From Antedon mediterranea (Eukaryota; Animalia; Echinodermata): a stretch of 64,000 nt of DNA. The notes beneath the pieces were generated by a model. That model saw nothing but the letters and a program-made list of their open reading frames with translations, did not search any database and was not told the origin of the DNA. This document shows, piece after piece, positions 1-13,800 of the stretch; position 1 is the first letter of the stretch; each line of letters starts with the position of its first letter. Where the stretch lies: positions 20,717,045-20,781,044 of the forward strand of contig NC_092680.1 in NCBI RefSeq assembly GCF_964355755.1, in the 5' to 3' direction. Both the position numbers and the translations under genes were made by a program.

Positions 1-3000
1 AATTTTAAACCCAGAATCCCCCTTTAATAATAATAATACATTTTACTCTGTTATGTTAGGTTTACAATATATACTATATTATTCATTATTATGATATTAC
101 AGGTATAACATTCTCAATGCAGTAAATAATCCTAATTACAGTATTTTTATTGATAAACAAGAAACAAAAAGTGATTAATTGATATTGCAACTTAATTCTG
201 TAGTAAATTTGTTGCAGTTAAGTTCATTAATTTACATCATTGTCTACCTTTGTTACAGTATCTTTACATAGTAATTTATGTAATCTTAGGAATCGTTATA
301 CAGAGTCTTGAAAATAATTGTATTTTGAAATGAGTAAATTATTTCATTTTTGATCCAATATAAGAAAACACAAAGTATGTAATAAGTATGTGTAAATGTG
401 TGTATGTACTGTCATACAGTAATTGTGTATTATTGTAAATAAAACAATTACCTTATTTTGCAATGATGCCCCATGCTGTTGTATGAGGAATGTCACTATT
501 TCCAAGGTACACTTTCCATAATACATATACAAATGAAGTGGAGTGTCTCCATCCTTGATGAACAAAATCATAATCATAAGTTCAATTATATTGATAAAAT
601 CTATATAAGTAATTGATAAGTGCTAAATAGACACAAAAAAAAGTATGTAATAAATGTATGTAAGTTTGTGTATGTACTGTCATAAAGTAATTGTGTATTA
701 TTGTAAATAAAACAATTACCTTATTTTGCAATGACAATGATGCACCATGCTGTTGTATGAGGACTTTCACTATTTCCAAGGTACAATTTATATTTCCCAC
801 ATACAAATGAAGTGGAGTGTCTCCATCCTTGATGAACAAAATCATAATCATAAGTTCAATAATATTTATAAAATCTATATAAGTAATTGATAAGTGCTAA
901 ATAGACACACAAAAAAAGTATGTAATAAATGTATGTAAGTTTGTGTATGTACTGTCATAAAGTAATTGTGTATTATTGTAAATAAAACAATTACTATAGC
1001 AAAACACATCTCATCACAGATGGTAAAGTATACTGTGTGTATTCTCTTGCAACTTAATCCTGTAGTAAATTTGTTGCAGTTAAGTTCATTATAATTTACA
1101 TCATTGTCTACCTTTGTTACAGTATCTTTACATAGTAATTTATGCAATCTTAGGAATCGTTATACTTAGTCGTGAAAATAATTTCATTTTGAAATGAGTA
1201 AATTATTTCTTTTTTGTTAATCCAATACAAGAAAACAAATAAGTATGTATATAAGTATGTGTAAATGTGTGTATGTACTGTCATACAGTAATTGTGTATT
1301 ATTGTAAATAAAACAATTACCTTATTTTGCAATGACAATGATGCACCATGCTGTTGTATGAGGAATTCCACTATTTCCAAGGTACAATGTTGATAATACA
1401 CATACAAATGAAGTGGAGTGTCTCCATTCTTGATGAACAAAATTATAATCATAAGTTCAATATATTAATAACAGCTATATTAGTAATTGATAAGTGCTAA
1501 ATAGACAACCAATAAATGTATAGCAAAACACATCTCATCACAAATGGTAAAGTATACTGTGTGTATTCTCTTGCAACTTAATCCTGTAGTAAATTTGTTG
1601 CAGTTAAGTTCATTATAATTTACATCATTGTCTACCTTTGTTACAGTATCTTTACATAGTAATTTATGTAATCTTAGGAATCGTTATACTTAGTCGTGAA
1701 AATAATTTCATTTTGAAATGAGTAAATTATTTCTTTTTTGTTAATCCAATACAAGAAAACAAATAAGTATGTATATAAGTATGTGTAAATGTGTGTATGT
1801 ACTGTCATACAGTAATTGTGTATTATTGTAAATAAAACAATTACCTTATTTTGCAATGACAATGATGCACCATGCTGTTGTATGAGGAATTCCACTATTT
1901 CCAAGGTACAATGTTGATAATACACATACAAATGAAGTGGAGTGTCTCCATTCTTGATGAACAAAATTATAATCATAAGTTCAATATATTGATAACAGCT
2001 ATATAAGTAATTGATAAGTGCTAAATAGACAACCAATAAATGTATAGCAAAACACATCTCATCACAAATGGTAAAGTATACTGTGTGTATTCTCTTGCAA
2101 CTTAATCCTGTAGTAAATTTGTTGCAGTTAAGTTCATTATAATTTACATCATTGTCTACCTTTGTTACAGTATCTTTACATAGTAATTTATGTAATCTTA
2201 GGAATCGTTATACTTAGTCGTGAAAATAATTTCATTTTGAAATGAGTAAATTATTTCTTTTTTGTTAATCCAATACAAGAAAACAAAAAAGTATTTAATA
2301 AGTATGTGTAAATGTGTGTATGTACTGTCATACAGTAATTGTGTATTATTGTAATTAAAACAATTACCTTATTTTGCAATGACAATGATGCCCTATGCTG
2401 TTGTATGAGGAATTTCACTATTTCCAAGGTATAATATCTACTACTCACATACAAATGAAGTGGAGTGTTTCCATCCTTGATAAACAAAATCATAATCATA
2501 AGTTCAATAATATTGATTAACAGCTATATAAGCAATTGATAAATGCTAAATAGCCAAAGAATAAATCTATAGCAAAACACATCTCATCACAAATGGTAAA
2601 GTACACTGTGTGCATTCTCGTGCAACTTAATCCTGTAGTAAATTTGTTGCAGTTAAGTTCATTATAATTACATCATTGTCTACCTTTGTTACAGTATCTT
2701 TACATAGTAATTTATGCAATCTTATGAATTGTTATACTTAGTCTTGAAAATAATTGCATTTTGAAATGAATAAATTATACATATCTTTTTGTTGATATAA
2801 TACAAGAAAAAAAAAAGTATTTAATAAATGTATGTAAGTTTGTGTATGTACTGTCATAAAGTAATTGTGTATTATAAAACAATTACCTTATTTTGCAATG
2901 ACAATGATGCCCCCTGCTGTGTTATGAGGAATTTCACTATTTCCAAGGTACAATGTTCATAACCCAAATACAAATGAAGTGGAGTGTTTCCATCCTTGAT

Positions 3001-4892
3001 AAACAAAATCATAATAATAAGTTCAATATATTGATAACAGCTATTATAAGTAATTGATAAGTGCTAAATAGACAACCAATAAATGTATAGCAAAACACAT
3101 CATCTCATCACAAATGGTAAAATATACGTAGTCCTGAAAATAATTAATTTTGAAATAAATAAATCATTTCCTTTTTGTTGATCCAATACAAGAAAACAAA
3201 TAAGTATGTAATAAGTATAAATAATAAATATAATAAATAAACAAATAAGTATGTGTAAGTTTGTGTATGTAATGTCATACAGTAAGTGTATAATAGAACA
3301 CATATTATAGTAAGAAGGCTATCAAAGGCAATGCAATGATCCATATTAGGTGAAATGCCTTTTAATGAACCAATCAATTTATGGTACATTTTTATATGTT
3401 TTATGATGTAAATTATTTTATTTGCTATTTTGTTGTTATTAATATATTACAAATAGTTAAAGACTTAAAGTAGAACTGAAAAAATCTTTATATAATTATA
3501 ATAATCATGAAGTTTAAAAAAAAAAACTAGATAAAAGATTTTTCCGACACATTAATAATTATACATTTTACTCTGTTATGTTAGGTTTACAATATATACT
3601 ATATATTATTCATTATTATGATATTACAGGTATAACATTCTCAATGCAGTAAATAATCCTAATTACAGTATTTTTATTGATAAACAAGAAACAAAAAGTG
3701 ATTAATTGATATTGCAACTTAATTCTGTAGTAAATTTGATGCAGTTAAGTTCATTAATTTACATCATTGTCTACCTTTGTTACAGTATCTTTACATAGTA
3801 ATTTATGTAATCTTAGGAATCGTTATACAGAGTCTTGAAAATAATTGTATTTTGAAATGAGTAAATTATTTCATTTTTGATCCAATATAAGAAAACAAAT
3901 AAGTATGTAATAAGTATGTGTAAATGTGTGTATGTACTGACATACAGTAATTGTGTATTATTGTAAATAAAACAATTACCTTATTTTGCAATGACAATGA
4001 TGTACCATGCTGTTGTACGAGGACTTTCACTATTTCCAAGGTACAATGTTGATAATACACATACAAATGAAGTGGAGTGTCTCCATTCTTGATGAACAAA
4101 ATCATAATCATAAGTTCAATATATTAATAACAGCTATATTAGTAATTGATAAGTGCTAAATAGACAACAACAAAAAAGTATGTAATAAATGTATGTTCGT
4201 TACAGTATCTTTACATAGTAATTTATGCAATCTTATGAATTGTTATACTTAGTCTTGAAAATAATTTCATTTTGAAATGAGAATTATTTCTTTTTGTTGA
4301 TCCAATACAAGAAAACAAATAAGAATGTAATAAGTATGTGTAAATGTGTGTATGTACTGTCATACAGTAATTGTGTATTATTGTAAATAAAACAATTACC
4401 TTATTTTGCAATGACAATGATGCCCCATGCTGTTGTATGAGGAATTTCACTATCTCGAAGGTATAATATATATTTCTCACATACAAATGAAGTGGAGTGT
4501 TTCCATCCTTGGTGAACAAAATCATAATCATAAGTTCAATAATATTGATAAAATCTATATAAGTAATTTATAAGTGCTAAATAGACAAACAATAAATGTA
4601 TAGCAAAACACATCATCTTATCACAAATGGTAAAATATACGTAGTCCTGAAAATAATTAATTTTGAAATAAATAAATCATTTCCTTTTTGTTGATCCAAT
4701 ACAAGAAAACAAATAAGTATGTAATAAGTATAAATAATAAATATAATAAATAAACAAATAAGTATGTGTAAGTTTGTGTATGTAATGTCATACAGTAAGT
4801 GTATAATAGAACACATATTATAGTAAGAAGGCTATCAAAGGCAATGCAATGATCCATATTAGGTGAAATGCCTTTTAATGAACCAATCAATT
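1..4892 (-). repeat. Ankyrin exon-intron tandem array, gene A distal block (8 exons)
   Basis: Units of about 270-1100 bp with near-identical intron blocks, each with one 102- or 108-nt ankyrin exon. Confidence 0.95.
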
Positions 4893-7800
4893 TTGTCGAG
4901 ATATTTTATCTTGCCAAGTCGACATAAATATGACTATTATGTCGACATAGTAACCATTATATGTCTACATAGCGAGATAGCTTATCTTGCCAAGTTGACT
5001 TCCTAATAACTACATGTCGACTAGACTAGATAGATTAACTTGCCAAGTTGACTATACTTCGACACTTGGAGCGTCCAAGTGCCATCCATTTGGCGACTTG
5101 TCGAGATAATTTATCTTGTCAAGTCGACATAAATATGACGACATCTAGATTATCTTGCCAAGTTGACTTTTCCAATGAGTTTATGTCGACATGACATGCT
5201 AGACTATCTTGCTAAGTTGACTTCACACAAGAGTGTATATCGACATAGGTATAGAAACAACAGCAGAATAAAGATACGTTGCCGCCAAGCAGAACATGTC
5301 TTGGCAAGTTGATGCTCAACGCGCGACACACGTGGGAAAATCTTTTTACTCGCCACCACATTGACAACCAACCATGATGGAAGGTGAAGACATCCCGGTC
5401 CTTGTGCATTTTGGCCAGCATGCCAAAAAAATGTTTGTAAAAAAAAGTAGTGGGAAAATGGAGATATTGGAGAAATGTGCTGAGGTACGTAAGGAAAAAT
5501 TTAAGCGTCTTTTGTTGCTTATTCTTGATTATGTTTTGTTTTGTTATTTGCAATTTCTCACTTAACTAGGCCTAGGCTATACTCTATCTATCCTGGGTGA
5601 CCCTATCCTCCCAGGTCTAACTGAAAACAACTTTAAACAACCGTAGGCCACCTTCTGTGTACCATGGCTAGCTTGCCCTGTACTTTATTGTTTGTACTGA
5701 TTTCCTATTATAAATAGAGATACTGTATTATTCATTTTTTTCTTCTTCTGGTTACCCAAATTAAATTTTCATGGTAACATAAACAATCATACAGTCAATC
5801 AAGGGGGAAGAGGGCTAATACATTAGTAAATTGATGCAATTCATTCATTTAAATCACAACTAGCAGTTAGTAAAACTGAATTGCATATGATGTACAATTG
5901 ATAACATGTAAACAGGTATATATAGATAAATGGGGAAAGAAATAAAATTAACAGCCAAATCAAAAGTTGTTGGGTAACAATTATTTAATTATTAATATTA
6001 TTTTCATTTATTTTATGTTTTTTATTTCAGTTATTTCCTGAGACAGAAAGCTTTTTTCTTCAAATTTTTGATGATGAGTTTGAAGAATGGGTTGATATAG
6101 GTGACACAACCTTAATTGTCAAAAAGACAGTCCTGAAAATGTTTGAAAAGGGTAAGAACCTAAACATTAATACATTTTAATGTGATGAGAAGTTATATCA
6201 TAAAACATAAAATATACAAATTTCATCACTCATCAGTTCAGGTAGGCATTACAAATGGAAAAATGAATGGCCTTCTGCAATTAGTAACTGTAACATAAAA
6301 TTCAGGAATCAGAGGAATAAACCATGACACAAAAGTGAACCCAAGAGGTTACCAAACCAATCACCAATGTGTGTGTAGGCCTACATGTTATTAACTTGTC
6401 TGTTTATTATTGTTGTAAATTACAGAAGAAAGACCCAGTAAAAGAGCAGCAGGAGCATCATCATCCTCTGATGATGAAAGAGGTAACCATAAGATGTTTA
6501 TTTAAATATTAGTCTAAACTTTAAAAATGTTCTAGTGTTGGTTACTATAATAACTATTATATAATGTATATTCAGAACAGGAAAATGTTAATTTATTTTC
6601 ATTCTTCATTGAAATACATAATATCTTGTAAAACCAAACAATATAAAAAGACAAAAAAGCAATAAAAATATTGCTTGCTTATCAACCTTACGCATCCAGA
6701 ACAAAAAGTTAAAATGATAATTAAATATACAATTTCAAGTATCAATAAATCAAACACACATTTAAGAGAATATTAGTGTAACATTTAATTATTTATTCAT
6801 TCATTTTTTATTTACAGGAAAGAGTCTGCTGCAAAAAATTTCTAATATCAAAAAAAAATTTAAGACAAAGCAATCAACAAAACCCAAAAAAACAAAACCT
6901 GTGGACGTAACAGTACAAATGGGCTGGTTGCATTTCAACATGAAAAAGAAGGAATATACACAAGTAAGAGCAATCAAAGGGGGAGGAACTACAACCGTAC
7001 GCACCAACAGATATTCAACGATTCAAGAAATTATTGAGTTGGGTACAAACATGTTCTTTCAAAATGGAAATTCCATATTTGGAAAACTTGATCAAATGTC
7101 CGTCCATTTAGCAGATTATCGTGCAAATGTTATAGATACAGAAGATTGGAGGCTAGATAACATTTTGGAAGCAGGTGTAAAAGTACGCCTGTATCTCTGT
7201 TCTAAACTTATAAAGGTAAGAATCATAATTATGTGTATGATCTATTTGTATACAATATTCCCTTGCCTTCCCATACAATGTATTCTTCCACCTGGCAAGT
7301 TGATACATGTGTGTGCTTTTATCAGCATAATATATATTATTATTATGACTTTTTTGTTTTAATTTAGTTTTTTGGTTATTTTATTTGTATTCATTATGTC
7401 CAGCTACTGATACCCACAGCATTGTCATTTTTTTCAGTAATTTGCCTTTGGAATAATTAATAAAAAATAAATAAATATAATATATAAATAAACACATGTT
7501 ATATATATTATATAATAAAGCTAAATCAAAACGATAAAGTAAAACAGCCAGAACGAAATTGCAGAGATTGGTAAGAACACTACCTTTTCTCGGTGCGAAA
7601 TATGTATCTATTTAAACATTTTAATAGCATACAATATTATAGTTTTCAGTTAGTTTGCATACATTTTTTATGCTTAATTTTAAGGTTGAAACATCCGATG
7701 GCAGCTGCAGTGACAGTAGTGAACTGCCCGATCCAGGATTATTAGGTAATTTTTTTAATTCATTTCATATGATACAAAAACAAAAAATATTATAATACAC

Positions 7801-10800
7801 ATGTGTGTACTTTTTTTCCAAAATAATAGCAGGGGTACAGTTTGAAACATTGAATAGCACGATGTTTGTTTTCTTCTTGTTTTGTATTAGATATTTTATG
7901 CAGTATCTATAATATATATAAACCGATATCTTTGTTTTCAGAATGCAGCAATAATATAGTACAATAATTTGATTTGGGACATTCATTTACAAATTGTTAA
8001 AATGAACAGTATAAGTATAAAAGTTGCACATAAAAAATCGCAAATGGAAAAAATATCAAGGTTTCCAAAACTGACTCATTTGATGGAGAGTCATTTGACT
8101 GTCTCAGGGTTGTCTTTCTTATTTGTCTGGTGGGACGTACTTTATGCTATGTATCATTGTGAAATAGAAATCTTTTGATACATTGTCAAAAATGAACCAA
8201 TAATTACTTTTAATTAAATTGAAGCTAACTAGTACTGTAGTTAAATCCTAATATTTAAATAAAAGATGCAGGAACTGTGTTTCTACTTATTTCCATAAAA
8301 TGTTGCTTATCTGCATATGCATTTTATATATCTTCCTGTAGCCGGACCATCAAGTTCTTTCTCCACTCCAGAATCTCCACAACCGCTTGAAACTCGTACT
8401 CCAGAATCTCCACAACCGCTTGAAACTCGTACTCCACAACCTCTTGAAACTTGCAAGCCACAACCTCTTGAAACTCAACCAGCCGGAACACCAACAGTAT
8501 GTATTTTCATTTAAATTGAGTTGTTTAGCATGTCACTATTTAGGCCATGACATATTTGGTTGTGATAATTTGATTTGATGTTAAAGGTAAAACTTTATTG
8601 TAAATTTATTGTTTTATCTTGATAATACAGTATCAATAAGAAATTTTTCTTACAAAAAACGCAGCTTGAATATTTACAGCATTACACATAAGTAATATAC
8701 AAAATTAATTACAACATGACATTTGACTTACCAAAAAACTAAACTCCTCTTTTAACACTAATTAATAGTGTTATAAGGCAAATTTATTTTGCATTATTTA
8801 ATATTATTAAAAACATAACGCAAATGAAAAGTGTGGATCACCAACCAAAACTAAGAAAAGTATAGGTCTAGGCCTTACATGTAGTCTGGTAAAAAATCAC
8901 CTGCACCATGGTATAAAAATGTACCCAAATAATATAATATAATATCATCTTTAGGTCCTATGTATATTGTTATAACATTTGTTATTGCTAAGTGTTTAGC
9001 CAGGCCATGGACCTACCTATAAAATGCATTATTATTGAATTAAAAAAAAAGTATTACATGTTTTACATTAATCCACGCTAATATTGCAATCTTTATATAA
9101 CCATATATCTGCTAAGCAAAGAAACTCTTATATGAATTTCAACATTATTTAGAAATATCAGTTTAAAAACTAAACTACGAAAGAGAAACATATACACTGT
9201 ATTTTACTTAACTATAGTGAAGTGCACACTCTTTCAGATAGACTCTCTATTCCCAGATGCACATCCAAATACTCCTTTTTTTAGCCTTAGTAAACTATAA
9301 GCTACCGCATTGTAACTGTTTCCTAATGCTTTCGTTCTCATGAATATAACTGCCTAAAGAAGCAGTACGAAAATACATTCTATAAAACATTTTTTTTCAG
9401 TATATTTCTATTTTGAATACCTCATTGGCAAGGTATATTCTATGCATTTGGTAAAAGATATTTCAAATTTTACCAAAATGGTTTAAATCATTAAACGACA
9501 CTATTAAAGGCTATGTTGTTTATTTAATTTTGCTTTTTTTTACATTTTAACCAGCTCTAAATTTGTTTCGTTTTACCTAAGATATGCAACTTTTATTTCA
9601 TTTATACAGATTATTTTCAAGACATCTCCTGAGGACTTATGCGGCATATGCTGTGATAGGCAAAAAAGTTGTTTTTTTATCACATGTGGACATACAATTT
9701 GTTTGCCATGCGCAACATACTTTGAGGAAACTAACACCAAGGAATGTCCTTTTTGTAAACAAGTAATTACTACTGTTCGCCACTTGTACTGAAAGTACAT
9801 ATGAATATCTGGTTGGTGTTTTTTTTAAACTGTTTTTATTTTTTTATTTATTACAATAATGTTCTTAAGGTTTATTTTAACAGAATATATTATTCATACC
9901 TCGTTTTATTTTAATTGGTGTTATGCTCAACGAATAATTATATGGTTATTATAGTCAATATAATTGATAAATAGAAACCTGTTATATACGGTACTATACT
10001 AAAAAGGAATGTTTTTTTTTAAATAGTTTAAAAATTGTTTAAATCAGATTGTAATTATATTTACTAATATTGCTAATTTTGGTGATGAGAGCTTAAACTA
10101 ATTTTAGAATTATATATCTTAATAAAAAGTACATCAATCACTGATAATAAATAATTTAAAAAATTGAAAAAAACATTAACAATGAGTCTTATGTTGTTAT
10201 TTCATGTTTAAAAAAATGTATAATACATTCCATATAATTGGAGATAAAAACTGCCACTTTCTGACCAGATTGCTAAATATTCGTATAGTATGAAAATATT
10301 CGCCCAACAGCTACCGAGATATAAAATGTGCTCTGAGTCAACAATATTTGTACCTGTTATATGTCAAAGTTCAAAATAATAATTATTGTCATTGTATTGG
10401 TTTTTATTGTATCAGAGCAATATAAACTAATTCTTTAAGAGTAATTTATGATCAAAATATCACATTCATGACCAGTGGTTGCTGAGATCACATGACAATT
10501 TTCTTGATAAGTGGTCAAAAAGGGGTTTAAGGTCACTTTGGAAAAAGATGTTCATTAGAATGAATAGAAATATAGGTCTTATGAGTATGTTGAAACCAAC
10601 TTTTTTTCAGTACACCCAGTAGTTCTGCAACCATGTTAACATTTGGACCGGTCTGTACTGACCAAGCATTCCCAATGTTTTTTTCAGCCAACAGCAAAAA
10701 ATTGATTTATATTGATATTAAGGAAGCAAAAAAAAAACCATATGAATAATAGTTATTGATGTTATTTATGCTAGATGATGCAGGTAAACCCTTTCTGGCT

Positions 10801-13800
10801 CCCCAAGTGTGTAAATTCATTTGACCATTGTTATGCTCTCCCTTCCTTATATTATAATCCTGGATTTTGAAATAACAGACAGACCGCGGACCAAGAAAAA
10901 TTTGTAGGCAAAATTCAAAGAATAATGTGTTGATAATCCTAAGCAATTGCCTTAATAAAAACTTAAACGACATCAACGTGGGGGTAAGAAAAATAATGGT
11001 CAGAATGCTTCCGGTAATAACACTATAAATAGATTAACAAAACCTAGATTTTATGAAATAGAAAAATATTTAACTCAATAATAAAGTAGAACTACTTGGT
11101 ATATCTGAAACATTTCTTAATGATAATAATTCTAACTTTAATGTTAATGGATATAATTGGAAATCTAAAATTAGAAAATAGGAGTGGGGGTGGGATTGGC
11201 TTTTTTATATCTATTTCTGACAACTTCTTAGACTCGGCATGAATGACACCCTTGAAAGACTTTGGGTTAAAGTTTGCAGCGATAGTGGCAAACCAGTATG
11301 TCTGTGTGGCTTATTTCCTTGTAGAAGGAGTTAACAATGAACTATAAACCTATGAACTTTATGTCCAATTATTATTCTAAATCATTAGAATAGAAAATGA
11401 TGAGGATGATCCAAATATTTTATTGATGGGAGATTTCAATGCGAGAATTGGAAGTAATACCAAATGGTGATCCCATAACAAACTCAAATGGTAATCGGTT
11501 ACTTAACTAAGAACAATGCAAACCTTACCATCTAAACTGCACTATCTTTGTGAGGAAAAGTTTACATGGTGTAAGGTAACCAAAAGAGCACAATGGATTA
11601 TTTGTTGTGTTCTAAATGGTTAATTAACCATACACAATCAGTTTTAATTGACGAAAAAGGAGAGTTTAATTTTGGTATTGATCATAATCTATGTTGTTAA
11701 CCCTTGGTATTACTCTTACCAAAATAAACTAAAATGATTTCACTTTATATCAAGAGAAATTACTGGTTGGGGTGTTTCTAATTTTTACCCCTGATTCAAT
11801 TTCGGAATCTTGGACAAATATTATTATGGAAGCAGCAAAAGGGGGTACTAAATTGCAAACAAAAACACGCCGGTGGCGTAAATGTGCTAACTCAAATAGG
11901 AATAATAATAATATAGACAATAGTGATGATAGTTGTGACGATCTATGGAATCTGTAATTAGAAAAACGACATAAAGTCACAATGCTTATTAAAAATAAAA
12001 TACAAGAAAAAAGGGTTAACAATTCAATAGAAAAAGCAAATGAAGGAGGTCCTTCTTGTAAAGATTTTTGGAAAAACTTAGGAGGCAATAGCATGAAGTG
12101 TAACATCATGGATTTTGATTGCATCCAAATTCCTGATTCTGAGGAAATAAAATTTTATAAGAAAACGATAAATCAATGTGTCTTACTGGGAAAACTTGGG
12201 CAAATGCAATATGATTTTGAAGGATTGTAATGCTTTTCTAACCAATTGCTTTGTTAAAGAAATCAGAAATAACCTTTCTCTTGAATATGACAACCAAGCT
12301 GATAATATTATAATGAAGAGTTCCTAAATGATACTTTTTATTGATTTTGATGTTGTAAAAGAAGCAGTATCCTTATTTATTACCGAAAAAGAACAAATCC
12401 CTGGTTTGGACAATATTACAAATGAATTACTGAAGAATGGAGGAAACGTCTGTATCAATAAAACATTACTTGGCCTTTTAAAGAAAATTATTGAATTGGA
12501 AGAAATCCCAAAAGACTGGAATATTATTATTTCTATTCATAAGAAAGGTAGCCATAGAATTTAGACAACTATCTTTTAACATTACTAATTATCTTGAAAA
12601 TAATGATATCGGAAGTTCCGGGAGGTTTTCGTGCAACTTATAGATGTGAAGATCATATGTTTACATTCAAAAGTATTGCTGCTTGCAGACTTAAAGAAAA
12701 TAAACACACCTATGGCCTTCCTGGACTTCCGTAAAGCTTTTGACAGTGTCTGGCTAAACGGTTTATTCAAAGCTGTTTGGTCATCAGGTGTATAAGGGGT
12801 AAGATTTGGCAATAACTTGATAAACTTTATGAAGATGCTAAAGGTTCTGTTAGAGTTGGAAATATAGTCACTGCATTTTTTGACATTGAACATGACAGGG
12901 TGTAAAGCAAGGTTGTGTTCTTTCTCCAATCTTATTTAACATCTTTATTAATGAATTATAGAAAATGCTTGTATCAAACAATCTAGGTATTAGAATAAAC
13001 AACACCTCGATAGGAAGATTATTCTGGGCAGATGACATTGAAGAAGTCAAACTTTAATTTTGATAAATCCAACGTTCTTGTTTTTACTCGGGGTACCCGT
13101 GTCTAGTACTCTTTTTCTTCTTCTATCGAGTAAAAAGTGCGATTTATGAAGTACTACTCATTCCTTATAGTTGTATTGTTGAGCTGGGATTTGGCATGAA
13201 TATACTACATGGACATGTTCTCAAATCTATAGAGCCGGATTTTTAAATTTCACACCGGATGCAGCCATATGACGTCTCGAAGATGGTACCGTATAGCCGT
13301 ATTTGGTAGCGAGGTTATTGATGTGTGATAAATTTATTGTTGAAGCATATTTCTAGAAAACTTAATGACAATGTACAGTTCCAAAATGTAATCACAAAAT
13401 GCAACAGGCTTAGCTTATATTAAATCATTAATTGACAAATGTAATAATTTAAATAGAGTATATTATGGAGATATATTATGGATATATTACCGCAATTAAT
13501 TACGGATCAGCTGTTTGGTGCTCTTTAAATAAAACTAATATTGAAAACTAGAAAAATTACAATTGCAGATGGCTAGATATATAATCTTAAAGCGTCAAGG
13601 AATACACCGCGTGCAGCATTATATGGCGAACTAGGTTGTTTGCCAATAAATGTTGCACATGATTGCTTGCGTATACAAAATTTTAATCGAAATGTACATA
13701 TGGAATCCCACCGTTGGCCAACATTTTTTGCTTAATACTCTGCTTCAACTTATTTGTAATAAGAATGATTTTCGTTTTAAATTTTTAATATGTTTACGTA

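Noticed and set aside
1045-1090. Intronic inverted repeats (tgcaac/gttgca, aacttaa/ttaagtt) as Dscam-like docking or selector elements or recombination signals
   Set aside because: Only 6-7 bp stems in AT-rich DNA; conservation is explained by recent duplication; no compensatory changes seen
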